The notes below the pieces were generated by a model that worked only from the letters and a program-made list of their open reading frames with translations, made no database searches and was not told the DNA's origin. Shown piece after piece: positions 35,726 through 45,375 of a DNA stretch of 64,000 nt. Where the stretch lies: contig JBEKOJ010000001.1 in NCBI GenBank assembly GCA_049521895.1, positions 290,717 to 354,716 of the forward strand, read 5' to 3'. The first letter of the stretch is position 1. Each line of letters begins with the position of its first letter. The translations under genes and the position numbers were made by a program. This DNA is from Candidatus Saccharimonadales bacterium. GTDB taxonomy: Bacteria > Patescibacteriota > Saccharimonadia > Saccharimonadales > UBA10212.

Positions 35726-37384
35726 ATGGCACTGGTTTATTTTTATGACGTAACGGAACTGGACAAAAAACAGTTAAGCGCTGCGCTTGATGGGACTGAC
35801 CACCATTATGAATATGTGACAGACAAAATTGTGCCGGCCAATTGTAACCCTGAAACCGAAGCGATATCTGTGTTTGTAAGCAGTAATGTTAGTCGTGAAG
35901 TGATTGAGGCGATGCCAAAACTCAGGCTCATTGCTTGTCGATCAACCGGCTTTAACAACATCGATCTCGCGGCCGCGCAAGAACACGACGTCGCCGTTGT
36001 CAACGTCCCTACGTACGGCGAAGCAACGGTTGCAGAATATGTCTTCACATTGTTGCTGGCCTTGCAGCGCAAATTGCCTGCTGTGCTCGAAACTGAAAAA
36101 GAACAATTCTCGCTTGATGACCTAATGGGTCGTGACCTGCAAGGCAAAGTCTTCGGTGTGATAGGAACAGGCCACATTGGACAGAAAGCTTTGAAAATTG
36201 CTGATGGTTTTTCGATGAAAACTATTGCTTATGATAGTTATCCAAAAGCTGAACTCCAAAATGAATACCATTTCCAGTACGTTGGATTAGATGAATTACT
36301 GGAGCAATCCGACGTAGTGTCACTCCACGTCCCCTACCTCCCTTCGACTCACCACCTGATGAACCGCGACCGGCTTAACAAAATGAAGCGTGGCGCCATT
36401 TTGGTCAATACGGCTCGTGGCGAGCTTGTCGATACAAACGCGCTTATCGAATTACTTGATAAGGGTCAGCTGGGGGGAGCCGCCATAGACGTCATTGAAG
36501 GCGAAGCGCTACTGAGTTATCACGAAGAAATGGCTCTCCTGCGGAGTGACACACTCCCCGAAGAGGTGTTGCGCCACAGTGTCGAAATAACCGTGCTGGA
36601 ACAAATGCCAAATGTTATAATCAGCCCCCATAATGCCTTTAATACGGTCGAGGCAATTGCTCGTATAAATCAAACTACCGCCAAGAATATCATCGATTTT
36701 TGGTCTGGGAATATACCTAACAAAGTTGTGCCGGCGAAACGAGCCTTTGGAAAATTATTGATAGTTCGTCATACCGAATCGGAGTGGAATGCGACCGGAC
36801 GATGGACCGGTATCACCGATGTTCACTTAAGCGAAAAAGGCTTCAAAGAGTCAGCCATGTTGGGACTAGCCCTCAAAAAATCGGATATCCATATCGATCT
36901 TGCTTACTGTTCTGAGCAGATTCGGACACGTGAAACGCTAGAAGCTATGTTGGATACGTCACAGCAATTTGAAGTGGACATCGTCGCCAGTAACGCGCTT
37001 GATGAACGAGACTATGGAGAATATACCGGCCGGAATAAATGGGAGGTAAAAGAACTCATTGGCGAAGAGGCGTTCAATCAGATCCGTCGCGGCTGGGATG
37101 TACCAGTACCTGGCGGCGAAACCCTCAAAATGGTATATGAGCGTGTTGTTCCTTTTTATACTGGAACCGTCCTGCCGCGCTTGCGGGACGGCAAAAACAT
37201 CTTGATTGTGGCTAGCGGCAATAGCCTCAGAGCACTTATGAAATATCTAGAATCTATCAGCGACAAAGACGTCAGCCAACTGGAAATGCTCTTCGATCAA
37301 ATTATTGTGTACGACATCTCAGCCGATGGCTTACGCGCAGGTTCATCGGTTGTCCAAGTTGATAGCACGCCGCCTCACGCCTAG
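35726..37384 (+). CDS. Fusion protein: D-isomer-specific 2-hydroxyacid dehydrogenase (N) + 2,3-BPG-dependent phosphoglycerate mutase / histidine phosphatase (C)
   Basis: The N-terminal part has GVIGTGHIGQKA, NTARGELVD and SPHNAF. From about nt 36750 the sequence LLIVRHTESEWNATGRWTG matches the RHGE(S/T)xWN dPGM signature. Confidence 0.8.
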   Translation: MALVYFYDVTELDKKQLSAALDGTDHHYEYVTDKIVPANCNPETEAISVFVSSNVSREVIEAMPKLRLIACRSTGFNNIDLAAAQEHDVAVVNVPTYGEATVAEYVFTLLLALQRKLPAVLETEKEQFSLDDLMGRDLQGKVFGVIGTGHIGQKALKIADGFSMKTIAYDSYPKAELQNEYHFQYVGLDELLEQSDVVSLHVPYLPSTHHLMNRDRLNKMKRGAILVNTARGELVDTNALIELLDKGQLGGAAIDVIEGEALLSYHEEMALLRSDTLPEEVLRHSVEITVLEQMPNVIISPHNAFNTVEAIARINQTTAKNIIDFWSGNIPNKVVPAKRAFGKLLIVRHTESEWNATGRWTGITDVHLSEKGFKESAMLGLALKKSDIHIDLAYCSEQIRTRETLEAMLDTSQQFEVDIVASNALDERDYGEYTGRNKWEVKELIGEEAFNQIRRGWDVPVPGGETLKMVYERVVPFYTGTVLPRLRDGKNILIVASGNSLRALMKYLESISDKDVSQLEMLFDQIIVYDISADGLRAGSSVVQVDSTPPHA

Positions 37385-37474
37385 CTGAACTTATAACCTA
37401 ATTGCCCGAGAATAAGACTCGTTATGGCCAGATCCGCAAACTGATTTGTCACTGTTTTGGCGAAGCCTTTATGA

Positions 37475-38095
37475 TTATTTTGAAACGTAGCCAAGCAGGC
37501 CTTTTAAAATTTCGTTCGTTACTTTGCTGCGCGATAGTGCCCCGTCAACCTCTATGAGCAAGCCTCTATCACGGTAAAATTCGATGACTGGTATGGTATT
37601 GGTTTGGAACTTTTTCAGCCTGGTTTTCAACACCACGCGGCGGTCATCTGAACGCTTACCACGGTCATGTTGAGCCTCAGCGGTCTCGGCTTCAAAACGC
37701 CGGCAGACCTCTTCCTCGGAAAGATTTAGTAAAATTACAGCTTTAAGAGGGTGTCCAGAGTCGGTCGTGGCTTTCATTATGACGGGTTCTTCACCGTGTG
37801 AGCGTCCCACCGCACTTAGCATCAATGGCTTTCCTTTAAGCTCTGGCTGCGACAAATAAGGAAGTACCATACCTAAGTAAAAATCAGATGGGACAATGCC
37901 ACCGTTAGCCATTACCTGCTTAATCTTTTCCGGATCATGGTGGCTGCGTAAAATGTCGCCGCCAGCAATGAGTACCCCGCCAAATAAATCTGCCAGTATG
38001 CGGCCCTGTGTGTTTTTGCCTGAAAACGGGCAGCCAAAAATGTTGACGGAGCCCGTACCAAGCCAATTAGCGATTATTTTTATTTCATCATTCAT
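37475..38095 (-). CDS. Adenylate kinase-family protein (divergent P-loop)
   Basis: GCPFSGKNTQ in place of GxPGxGKGTQ. GGDILRS and lid/core similarity to Adk. Confidence 0.55.
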   Translation of the reverse strand: MNDEIKIIANWLGTGSVNIFGCPFSGKNTQGRILADLFGGVLIAGGDILRSHHDPEKIKQVMANGGIVPSDFYLGMVLPYLSQPELKGKPLMLSAVGRSHGEEPVIMKATTDSGHPLKAVILLNLSEEEVCRRFEAETAEAQHDRGKRSDDRRVVLKTRLKKFQTNTIPVIEFYRDRGLLIEVDGALSRSKVTNEILKGLLGYVSK

Positions 38096-38249
38096 AAAGC
38101 CAATTATAACAGCTTAATTATGGAGGACGGGGTGTTAGCCAAGTTTTCATTTAATTTATAACTTACCAGCTAGGCTGAATGAAAAGTGCTAATGGTAAGA
38201 TAAATTGATATAATATCACCTGAAAAAGGTAACCGGATAAAAACAAAAC

Positions 38250-40610
38250 ATGTATAAATACCTTAGGCTCTTTAAAGAAATATCTATTACTGATGTGCCG
38301 CAGGTTGGCGGTAAAAACGCCTCGCTCGGCGAGATGTACCGATACCTGGCGCCCAAAGGTGTTAACCTACCAAACGGCTTTGCCACTACTGCTCAAAGTT
38401 ATTATTATTTTCTTGACCAAGCCGGTATTCGTAAGGATATCGAAAAGATTTTAGAGGGTCTAGATATCAGCAATGTAAAGGATCTAGAAAAAAGAGGCGC
38501 CAAAATCAGATCATTGATTGTGAGAGCCAAACTACCAAGAGATTTTGAACAGGAAATTAGACGGGGTTATCAAGAACTAAGCCAAACTTGTGGTAGCAGC
38601 AAATTAGTGGTGGCGGTGCGGTCATCGGCAACTGCCGAAGATTTGCCGAATGCCTCCTTTGCCGGCCAGCAAGAAACTTATCTAAATATTAAGGGTGAAA
38701 AAAATATTCTGCGCGCAACCAAGAAATGTATTGCGTCACTTTTCACCGATCGAGCCATTGTCTATCGCGTCGAGAATCACTTTGAGCATATGAAAGTAGC
38801 GCTGTCGGTTGGTATCCAACAAATGGTGGCCGTACACGCTAAAGCAGCAGGCATAATGTTCACCATTGATACCGAGTCCGGATTTAGGAACGCGGTGATC
38901 ATCAGTTCCATCTACGGATTGGGCGAGAACATCGTGCAGGGTCGGGTGAACCCCGATGAGTTCATTGTCTTCAAACCTACATTGGCAATCCTAGAAAAGA
39001 AGGTCGGAACCAAAAAAGAGAGAATGGTCTCTGTCCGCGGCAGTAAGACCAAAAATATTACCGTTACTAAAAAGGATCAGGTAAGATTTTCTATCACGGA
39101 TGAGCAGGTCAAGACCCTGGCTCGATGGGGCATGGAGATTGAGAAGCATTATGGCAAACCGATGGATATCGAATGGGCGCTTGATGAAGATGACGGCAGG
39201 TTATACATCGTACAGGCCCGGTCCGAGACCGTTCAGTCCCGGAAGGACACGAACATCATTGAGGAATACCGGATGCTTGAAAGCGGAACTATTATTGCTA
39301 GAGGGGCGAGTGTGGGTAATAAGATCGGTGTCGGCCGAGCCAACAAGATCATGAGTATCAAAAATATAAACTTGTTCAAGGCTGGCGACGTACTGGTGAC
39401 GGATATGACAGACCCGGACTGGGAGCCGATCATGAAGATAGCCAGTGCTATCGTGACCAACAAAGGCGGCCGCACCTGCCATGCCGCCATAGTCTCCCGT
39501 GAGCTTGGTATCCCTTGCGTAGTCGGTACTGGGAATGCCTCCCAAAATATCACGGACAACAGTCCTATAACCGTCAGCTGCGTCAAGGAGGACGAAGGTA
39601 TCGTTTATGAAGGGGAGCTTAAGTTCGAAATCAACCGGACCAGTGTAAAAAACCTGAAACGGCCAAAAACCAAAATCATGATGAATGTCGGCTCTCCGGA
39701 CTATGCGTTCGAGTATTCGATGATTCCGAACGACGGGGTAGGACTGGCCCGGGAGGAATTTATCATCAACTCCAGTATCAAGATCCATCCGCTGGCCTTG
39801 TTGCGATTTGATGAGGTCAAAGACAAAAAGGCTCGCGTGCAGATTTCCGACCTCACGGCCGGATATGACGACAAAGCCCAGTACTTTATCGACAAGCTGG
39901 CGGAAGGCATTGGCATTATCGGCGCTGCCTTCTATCCGAAAGATGTCATTATCCGATTTAGCGATTTCAAGACTAACGAGTATGCCGACCTTATTGGCGG
40001 CGTGCAGTTTGAACCCAAAGAAGATAACCCGATGATTGGCTGGCGGGGTGCCAGCCGCTATTACTCCGACGGATACCGGGATGCGTTTGTGCTAGAATGC
40101 AAAGCGTTCAAAAAAGCCCGGGATGGCATGGGGCTGACGAATATTAAAGGTATGGTGCCGTTCTGCCGCGATCTGACCGAAGCCAAAAAAGTCCTCGATA
40201 TCATGGAAAAGAATGGATTGAAACGGGGTGAAAATGGTTTTGAAGCCTACGTTATGATTGAAATCCCCTCAAATGTCATTTTGGCGGAGCAGTTTGCCGA
40301 GCTCTTTGACGGATTTTCTATCGGTTCAAATGATTTGACGCAGCTTACACTTGGAGTCGATAGGGATAATCGTACCGTTGCCCATATTTACGATGAAAAT
40401 AACGCGGCGGTCGAGGAGCTTATCCGGCGGGTGATTAAAGTTGCCAAAGCCAAGCATGTAAAGATTGGCCTCTGCGGCCAAGCGCCGTCAGATTATCCTC
40501 AATTTGCGCGTTTTTTGGTTGAAGCCGGCATCGACAGCATGTCACTAGCGCCGGACACGGTCGTAAAAACCACGATCGATATCAATAAAACCGAAGAAAA
40601 ACTCGGCTAG
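38250..40610 (+). CDS. ppsA: Phosphoenolpyruvate synthase (pyruvate, water dikinase)
   Basis: 786 aa. GGRTCHAAIVSRELGIPCVVG phosphohistidine region and a PEP-utilising C-terminal domain. Confidence 0.9.
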   Translation: MYKYLRLFKEISITDVPQVGGKNASLGEMYRYLAPKGVNLPNGFATTAQSYYYFLDQAGIRKDIEKILEGLDISNVKDLEKRGAKIRSLIVRAKLPRDFEQEIRRGYQELSQTCGSSKLVVAVRSSATAEDLPNASFAGQQETYLNIKGEKNILRATKKCIASLFTDRAIVYRVENHFEHMKVALSVGIQQMVAVHAKAAGIMFTIDTESGFRNAVIISSIYGLGENIVQGRVNPDEFIVFKPTLAILEKKVGTKKERMVSVRGSKTKNITVTKKDQVRFSITDEQVKTLARWGMEIEKHYGKPMDIEWALDEDDGRLYIVQARSETVQSRKDTNIIEEYRMLESGTIIARGASVGNKIGVGRANKIMSIKNINLFKAGDVLVTDMTDPDWEPIMKIASAIVTNKGGRTCHAAIVSRELGIPCVVGTGNASQNITDNSPITVSCVKEDEGIVYEGELKFEINRTSVKNLKRPKTKIMMNVGSPDYAFEYSMIPNDGVGLAREEFIINSSIKIHPLALLRFDEVKDKKARVQISDLTAGYDDKAQYFIDKLAEGIGIIGAAFYPKDVIIRFSDFKTNEYADLIGGVQFEPKEDNPMIGWRGASRYYSDGYRDAFVLECKAFKKARDGMGLTNIKGMVPFCRDLTEAKKVLDIMEKNGLKRGENGFEAYVMIEIPSNVILAEQFAELFDGFSIGSNDLTQLTLGVDRDNRTVAHIYDENNAAVEELIRRVIKVAKAKHVKIGLCGQAPSDYPQFARFLVEAGIDSMSLAPDTVVKTTIDINKTEEKLG

Positions 40611-40618
40611 TAAGACCC

Positions 40619-41410
40619 CTAGGACAGTAGAACTCCGCCGTCTACGACTATTTGTTCTCCTGTCATATAACTGGACATATCGCTAGCGAGGAAGAGGGCT
40701 ACCATACCGATTTCGTCGGGCTCACCCATGCGGTGCATCGGGATTTTGGCCATAAAAGCTTGGGTTTGTGCCGCCATCTGGTCAGCTGAAGCACCTTGGC
40801 TCATAGCAGCTGCACCAGGGGTAGCAATACCGCCTGGGGCAATAGCATTAACCCAGATTTTGTGTTCGGCCAGCTCCAGCGCCGAGTTCTTAGTAAAACC
40901 CCAGACACCGTGTTTAGAGGCGTCGTAGTGAGCCAAGCCAATCATGGAGGGGTGAAGCGCATCAACTGAGCTGATATTAATAATCTTTCCGCCACCCTTT
41001 TGCTTCATTATCTCGGCCGCATATTTCGTGGTCAAGAATACACTTCGCAGATTCACCTGTATGACTTTATCGAACTGGTCCGCTGTCATTTGGGCTACCG
41101 GGATAGACGGATAAATACCGGCGTTGTTCACTAAAATGTCTACTGAGCCAAACTTTTCTTTACATATGTTAATCATTTGCTTGACGTCTTCTTCGCTGGA
41201 AACGTCAACTTTAAGGGCTTCGGTAAACCAGCCTTTGTCTGTCAATTCTTGAGAGGCTTTTTGGGCAGCTGCGTCATCCATATCAGCAATCATCACCCTA
41301 GCTCCTGCCTCGGCTAAGCGGTAGCTTATCCCATAACCGATGCCCCTAGCACCACCGGTTACGATCGCAATTTTATCTTTTAGATTTAATAGATCTTGTA
41401 TACTTTTCAT
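40619..41410 (-). CDS. SDR family oxidoreductase (FabG/glucose-1-dehydrogenase-like)
   Basis: TGGARGIGYG, NNAG, YDASKHG. Confidence 0.85.
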   Translation of the reverse strand: MKSIQDLLNLKDKIAIVTGGARGIGYGISYRLAEAGARVMIADMDDAAAQKASQELTDKGWFTEALKVDVSSEEDVKQMINICKEKFGSVDILVNNAGIYPSIPVAQMTADQFDKVIQVNLRSVFLTTKYAAEIMKQKGGGKIINISSVDALHPSMIGLAHYDASKHGVWGFTKNSALELAEHKIWVNAIAPGGIATPGAAAMSQGASADQMAAQTQAFMAKIPMHRMGEPDEIGMVALFLASDMSSYMTGEQIVVDGGVLLS

Positions 41411-41524
41411 ATTTTCTCCCGAATTTATTCTACTTCAAATTGACCTAGTGGACTAGAACCGTATTTTAATACCGTGAAGGAGCAGCGGAGTTTCTGACGC
41501 TGCGCTGCGCCGAAAGCATTAGCG

Positions 41525-42241
41525 GTGCAACCGGCTCGGCCGGTTGGCAGGCTAGTGCGGTGCGGCTATTTCTGCGTTATACTTATGCTTATGAGCTTAA
41601 ATCAGGAGGCCTTTAGGCGGCGCGAGATGGTCTACGCCCAGACCGCCCTGCTGATAGCCATAGCCTTGGGGCTCAGTCTGGACAAAAGCCTAGTGGTCGG
41701 CCCCAAGTACATCATCGCCGTGCTGGAACTATTTTTAGTATTTGGTATTGGCATTACTGCTCCTCTCAAGCACAGCTTGGGCGCTATCTTGCGCCGTAAT
41801 TTTTCACTTCTTTTGATAGCCCTTATATCGTTAGCCAACGGCGCTTCGATGATTTTAGTGGCCAATGATCTAATTAAAGGCTCGAGTATTCAGGGCCGGC
41901 AGCTAATTTTTGCCGCCTTTGCCATCTTTGTAACCAACATTATTATCTTTAGCCTGTGGTACTGGGAAATTGACAGTCCCGGCTTAACCGGCATAAGAAA
42001 GCATGATGACGACCCCAAGTTCCAGTTCCCGCAAATGGCAATCAATATTCCCGAAACCAAAGACTGGGAACCCAGTTATTTTGACTATTTGTACTTATCG
42101 ACTACGAATGCTTCCGCTTTCAGCCCAACCGACGCTCTGCCGATGACTCATGGCGCCAAACTGCTGATGGGCCTGCAGGCATTTATCTCGCTGCTAACAG
42201 TAGTCTTAGTTACTGCCCGCGCCGTCAATATCCTTGGCTAG
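41525..42241 (+). CDS. Polytopic membrane protein, unknown function
   Basis: About 5 TM helices. Start uncertain (several in-frame Met). Confidence 0.55.
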   Translation: MQPARPVGRLVRCGYFCVILMLMSLNQEAFRRREMVYAQTALLIAIALGLSLDKSLVVGPKYIIAVLELFLVFGIGITAPLKHSLGAILRRNFSLLLIALISLANGASMILVANDLIKGSSIQGRQLIFAAFAIFVTNIIIFSLWYWEIDSPGLTGIRKHDDDPKFQFPQMAINIPETKDWEPSYFDYLYLSTTNASAFSPTDALPMTHGAKLLMGLQAFISLLTVVLVTARAVNILG

Positions 42242-42265
42242 AAATACTTAACAAGTTAAGTATTT
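42242..42265. promoter_or_regulatory. 24-bp palindrome, family site B
   Basis: Perfect AAATACTTAAC-AA-GTTAAGTATTT between convergent genes, overlapping the sodA stop codon. Confidence 0.45.
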
Positions 42266-42855
42266 AGGCGAGGGGCGACGATGTCCCAATTCACTACCTG
42301 CCACCAGTTTTCTATATATTCAGGGCGACGGTTTTGATATTTCAGATAGTAAGCGTGTTCCCAGACATCCAACCCCAAAATCGGTGTTTTCCCTTCCGTG
42401 ATCGGACTATCTTGGTTGGCCGTTGAATAAACCTCCAGTTTATCGCCGTTTTTGACCAGCCAGGCCCAACCGGAACCGAAGCGGGTCGTACCGGCCTCGG
42501 CCAGCTTGGCCTTAAAATCGTTAAAGCTACTAAATGTGCTGTTAATGGCTTCGGCTAGCTTACCTGTCGGCTCTTTGGCGCCGCCCGGCTTCATAGTCTC
42601 CCAAAACATCGTGTGATTGGCGTGGCCGCCGCCGTTGTTACGAACAGCTGTACGGATATCTTCGGGCACATCATTCAAGCTGGCGAGTATTTCCTCTATA
42701 GTATCGTTTTGCAAGTCTCCATGACCCTCCAGTGCGGCGTTTAATTTTTCGACGTAAGTTCCGTGATGTTTATCATGATGGGTCTCCATAGTTTTGGCAT
42801 CAATGTACGGTTCTAGCGCACTGTAGGCGTAACCTAAATCGGGTAATTTAAACAA
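42256..42855 (-). CDS. sodA: Superoxide dismutase (Fe/Mn family)
   Basis: HHDKHH, and [16 protein letters not shown]. Confidence 0.95.
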   Translation of the reverse strand: MFKLPDLGYAYSALEPYIDAKTMETHHDKHHGTYVEKLNAALEGHGDLQNDTIEEILASLNDVPEDIRTAVRNNGGGHANHTMFWETMKPGGAKEPTGKLAEAINSTFSSFNDFKAKLAEAGTTRFGSGWAWLVKNGDKLEVYSTANQDSPITEGKTPILGLDVWEHAYYLKYQNRRPEYIENWWQVVNWDIVAPRLNT

Positions 42856-42891
42856 GATATTCTCCTCCGTTAATGTATATCTATAATAACA

Positions 42892-43569
42892 CTAAGCTTT
42901 TTTAGATTTCTGTTCACGCCAGCGAGTAATTTTAGCGTGATTGCCGCTTAGCAGCACTTTCGGCACCTCCGTTCCCCGGAACTCTTCCGGCCTGGTGTAC
43001 TGAGGATGCTCCACGGTTTTGCCATCGCTAAAGCTTTCCAGTTCGGCGCTCGTTTTGCCACCTAGCACCCCAGGAATCAAACGCGTGACAGCATCTACTA
43101 TCACCATTGCCGGCAATTCGCCGCCGGTAAGCACATAGTCACCGATGGATATTTGCTGGTCGACGAATTCAACAATCCGTTCGTCGTAACCTTCATAGCG
43201 CCCGCAAACTAATATTAAATCCTCCAGTTTCGACAGCTCCTGAGCTTTGGCCTGCGTGAACTTCTGGCCCCTAGGGGTCATTAAAATAACACTTGTTTCC
43301 TGTTTCTTGTTTCCTGTTTCTTGTTTTGCGTATTCAATTGCAGCAGCCAAGGGTTCAACACGCAATACCATACCATCGCCACCGCCATAAGGAGTGTCAT
43401 CAACAGTTTTACGTGGGCCAAGGCCAAAATCCCGTAGGTTGATTAGCTTGTACTCAACCAGTTTTTTGTCCTGGGCTTTCCACAGCATGCTGGAGTTCAG
43501 CACACCGTCAAACATCTCCGGGAAAAGGGTTATAACTTGAATTATCATCTCTTTAAACTTATCATACAA
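42892..43569 (-). CDS. trmD: tRNA (guanine37-N1)-methyltransferase
   Basis: ITLFPEMF, DDTPYGGGDGMV, and a C-terminal SGNHAKI. Confidence 0.9.
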   Translation of the reverse strand: MYDKFKEMIIQVITLFPEMFDGVLNSSMLWKAQDKKLVEYKLINLRDFGLGPRKTVDDTPYGGGDGMVLRVEPLAAAIEYAKQETGNKKQETSVILMTPRGQKFTQAKAQELSKLEDLILVCGRYEGYDERIVEFVDQQISIGDYVLTGGELPAMVIVDAVTRLIPGVLGGKTSAELESFSDGKTVEHPQYTRPEEFRGTEVPKVLLSGNHAKITRWREQKSKKA

Positions 43570-43590
43570 ATAACTTAACGGGGAGATGCG

Positions 43591-43956
43591 ATGCAGCTAG
43601 ATAAAGAGAAGGGTACTGTTACTTTGGAGACTTCGGAAGAGCATAGTACCGCCTGGGACGTAGTTGATGAAATGAGCGAAGGCGTATCGGAAGTAGGACG
43701 ATCAGAGGTTCTCGATACTTTTAATTTTTTGGATGATCATTCGCAAGAATTGCCTCTTAAACTCAATGCTAGATTATCGACGGTAGTATTAATGGGTTTG
43801 GAAAAAGCAGTCCGCGACAACCAATACTGGGATAGAGAAATAAGGTTTACGGCTCTGGAGATGCTGCATGGTGTTGGTTTGGCTCAAGATGTAGCATTAG
43901 CACCAACAATCGCTCGAAATCGAAAAAAACTTATTGCCAGATTCAGGAAAAATTAA
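43591..43956 (+). CDS. Hypothetical acidic protein
   Basis: 121-aa ORF with GGGGAG upstream, in opposite orientation within the rpsP-trmD cluster. Confidence 0.5.
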   Translation: MQLDKEKGTVTLETSEEHSTAWDVVDEMSEGVSEVGRSEVLDTFNFLDDHSQELPLKLNARLSTVVLMGLEKAVRDNQYWDREIRFTALEMLHGVGLAQDVALAPTIARNRKKLIARFRKN

Positions 43957-43960
43957 TACT

Positions 43961-44476
43961 CTAGACGTCTAAATCGTCGAGTTCGGCCAGCTCTTTGCGT
44001 GTTTTATCTATCACGCTGGAGTGGTCGGTGTCGCTGCTAGGAGTTTCTGGCAGTTCGTCATCTGCCATGTCAATATCGTCGGCTTTCTTGGAATCGTCCG
44101 GCTGGGAATCATCGGCTGGCTTGTCATCGCTTTTTGAATCGGCCACTGGCGGCTCGTCGACGACTGGCGCATCTTGGCTATCATCGCTGCTTGTTGGTTG
44201 GCTAGCGCCGTGGTCGCGAACTGGCGGCGGGCCGACATCAACAATTTTAAGGTTGTAACGGGCATCATTCTTAGTACCAAGCGCTCGAAGCAAGGTACGT
44301 AAACTTTGGGCAGTAGCACCACGTTTACCGATCACCCGGCCAAGATCTTCTTGGTCCACGGTTAGTTCCAGCAAGACGCCTTTTTCATCAATACGGCGGT
44401 CTATCTTGACGGCCTCGGGCTTGTTGACTAGTGATTTTATGATGTATTCAATGAATTGTTGGTCGATACTGCTCAT
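43961..44476 (-). CDS. KH-domain RNA-binding protein (YlqC-like) with long acidic C-terminal tail
   Basis: LGRVIGKRGATAQSLRTLL (GxxG KH loop). About 90-aa Asp/Pro/Ser-rich tail. Confidence 0.8.
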   Translation of the reverse strand: MSSIDQQFIEYIIKSLVNKPEAVKIDRRIDEKGVLLELTVDQEDLGRVIGKRGATAQSLRTLLRALGTKNDARYNLKIVDVGPPPVRDHGASQPTSSDDSQDAPVVDEPPVADSKSDDKPADDSQPDDSKKADDIDMADDELPETPSSDTDHSSVIDKTRKELAELDDLDV

Positions 44477-44521
44477 CTGGGGTCTCTCCTTATTTTCAGT
44501 ATGTTGCTAATAGTTATTATA

Positions 44522-44608
44522 CCCTGTAGTAGACTTTCCAGTCTATCTACCCTAGGGTGGATAAAAAGCCCGCCTTAGGCGGGCTCATCTGGAAAGCCCA
44601 CTACGGGG
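44522..44608. repeat. TIR hairpin element E2
   Basis: Arms CCCTGTAGTAGACTTTCCAG and CTGGAAAGCCCACTACGGGG (3 mismatches) enclose the rpsP terminator hairpin. Confidence 0.55.
44562..44585 (-). terminator. Intrinsic terminator of rpsP
   Basis: On the minus strand, AGCCCGCC-taa-GGCGGGCT (8-bp GC stem) is followed by TTTTTAT. Confidence 0.65.
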
Positions 44609-44624
44609 TTATAGCAGCCGTTTC

Positions 44625-45206
44625 CTAGGCATTATCGGCGGGTTTGGGCTCGGAGTCTTCGGCTGACTGTTCGGCTGTTATTTCTGGTTCGGGTTTTTCC
44701 TCTGGTGTCTCTTCGGCTGGTGCTTCAGCAGCTGGCTCGGCTACTGGCTCTTCAGCGGGAGTCTCGGGCTCTGCGGGAACTTCCCCGGCGGCTGGCGCAG
44801 GAGTTTCTGGTTCCACACTGGCGGCTTTAACTTGCTCGTTTGCCGGCTCCTCCGTGGGCGCTGCCGCTACCGGTTCGAGTGCCGGCGTGCCAGCTGGACG
44901 GTTACGGCGCAGCTTTTCAGGATGTCTGACAGTCCGCTTTTGCGGTTCACTTGATTTGACCCAGCCGGGCAGTTTAATACCTTCTTTTTTAAGCAATTGG
45001 GCTACACGCTCGGATGGTTGGGCACCACTAGCTAAATATTGGCCGATCTTTTCGCTATCCAGCTTGGCAGTTTTGACGTGCGGGTCATAGTTGCCCACAT
45101 AGGCTACCACCCGACCGCTTTTGGGGCTAAACCGGTCGTCTTGAACAATTACCCTAAATTGGGCGTGCCCGGACCGGCCGGTTCTTTGCAGACGGATAGC
45201 TAGCAT
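44625..45206 (-). CDS. rpsP: 30S ribosomal protein S16 with Ala/Pro/Glu-rich C-terminal extension
   Basis: MLAIRLQRTGRSGHAQFRVIV... is an S16 N-domain, followed by about 100 aa of low-complexity tail. Confidence 0.9.
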   Translation of the reverse strand: MLAIRLQRTGRSGHAQFRVIVQDDRFSPKSGRVVAYVGNYDPHVKTAKLDSEKIGQYLASGAQPSERVAQLLKKEGIKLPGWVKSSEPQKRTVRHPEKLRRNRPAGTPALEPVAAAPTEEPANEQVKAASVEPETPAPAAGEVPAEPETPAEEPVAEPAAEAPAEETPEEKPEPEITAEQSAEDSEPKPADNA

Positions 45207-45375
45207 GTCCCGGCTATTCTACAGATAAACAACAGATTAGTCAATCTGTAAATCCTAAATCCGAATATCTAAATCCTAAACGATGTCCAAATTTCAGTTT
45301 CTCAAAAGTTTGATAATTAGTTTTTGGTGCTTGTAATTTATTTAGTGTTTCGTGCTTTGAATTTAGAATTTAGAG

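Noticed and set aside
39100-40035. Several 70-195-aa ORFs on both strands within ppsA
   Set aside because: They are nested in a full-length PEP synthase frame with clear motifs, and their composition is typical of off-frame translation.
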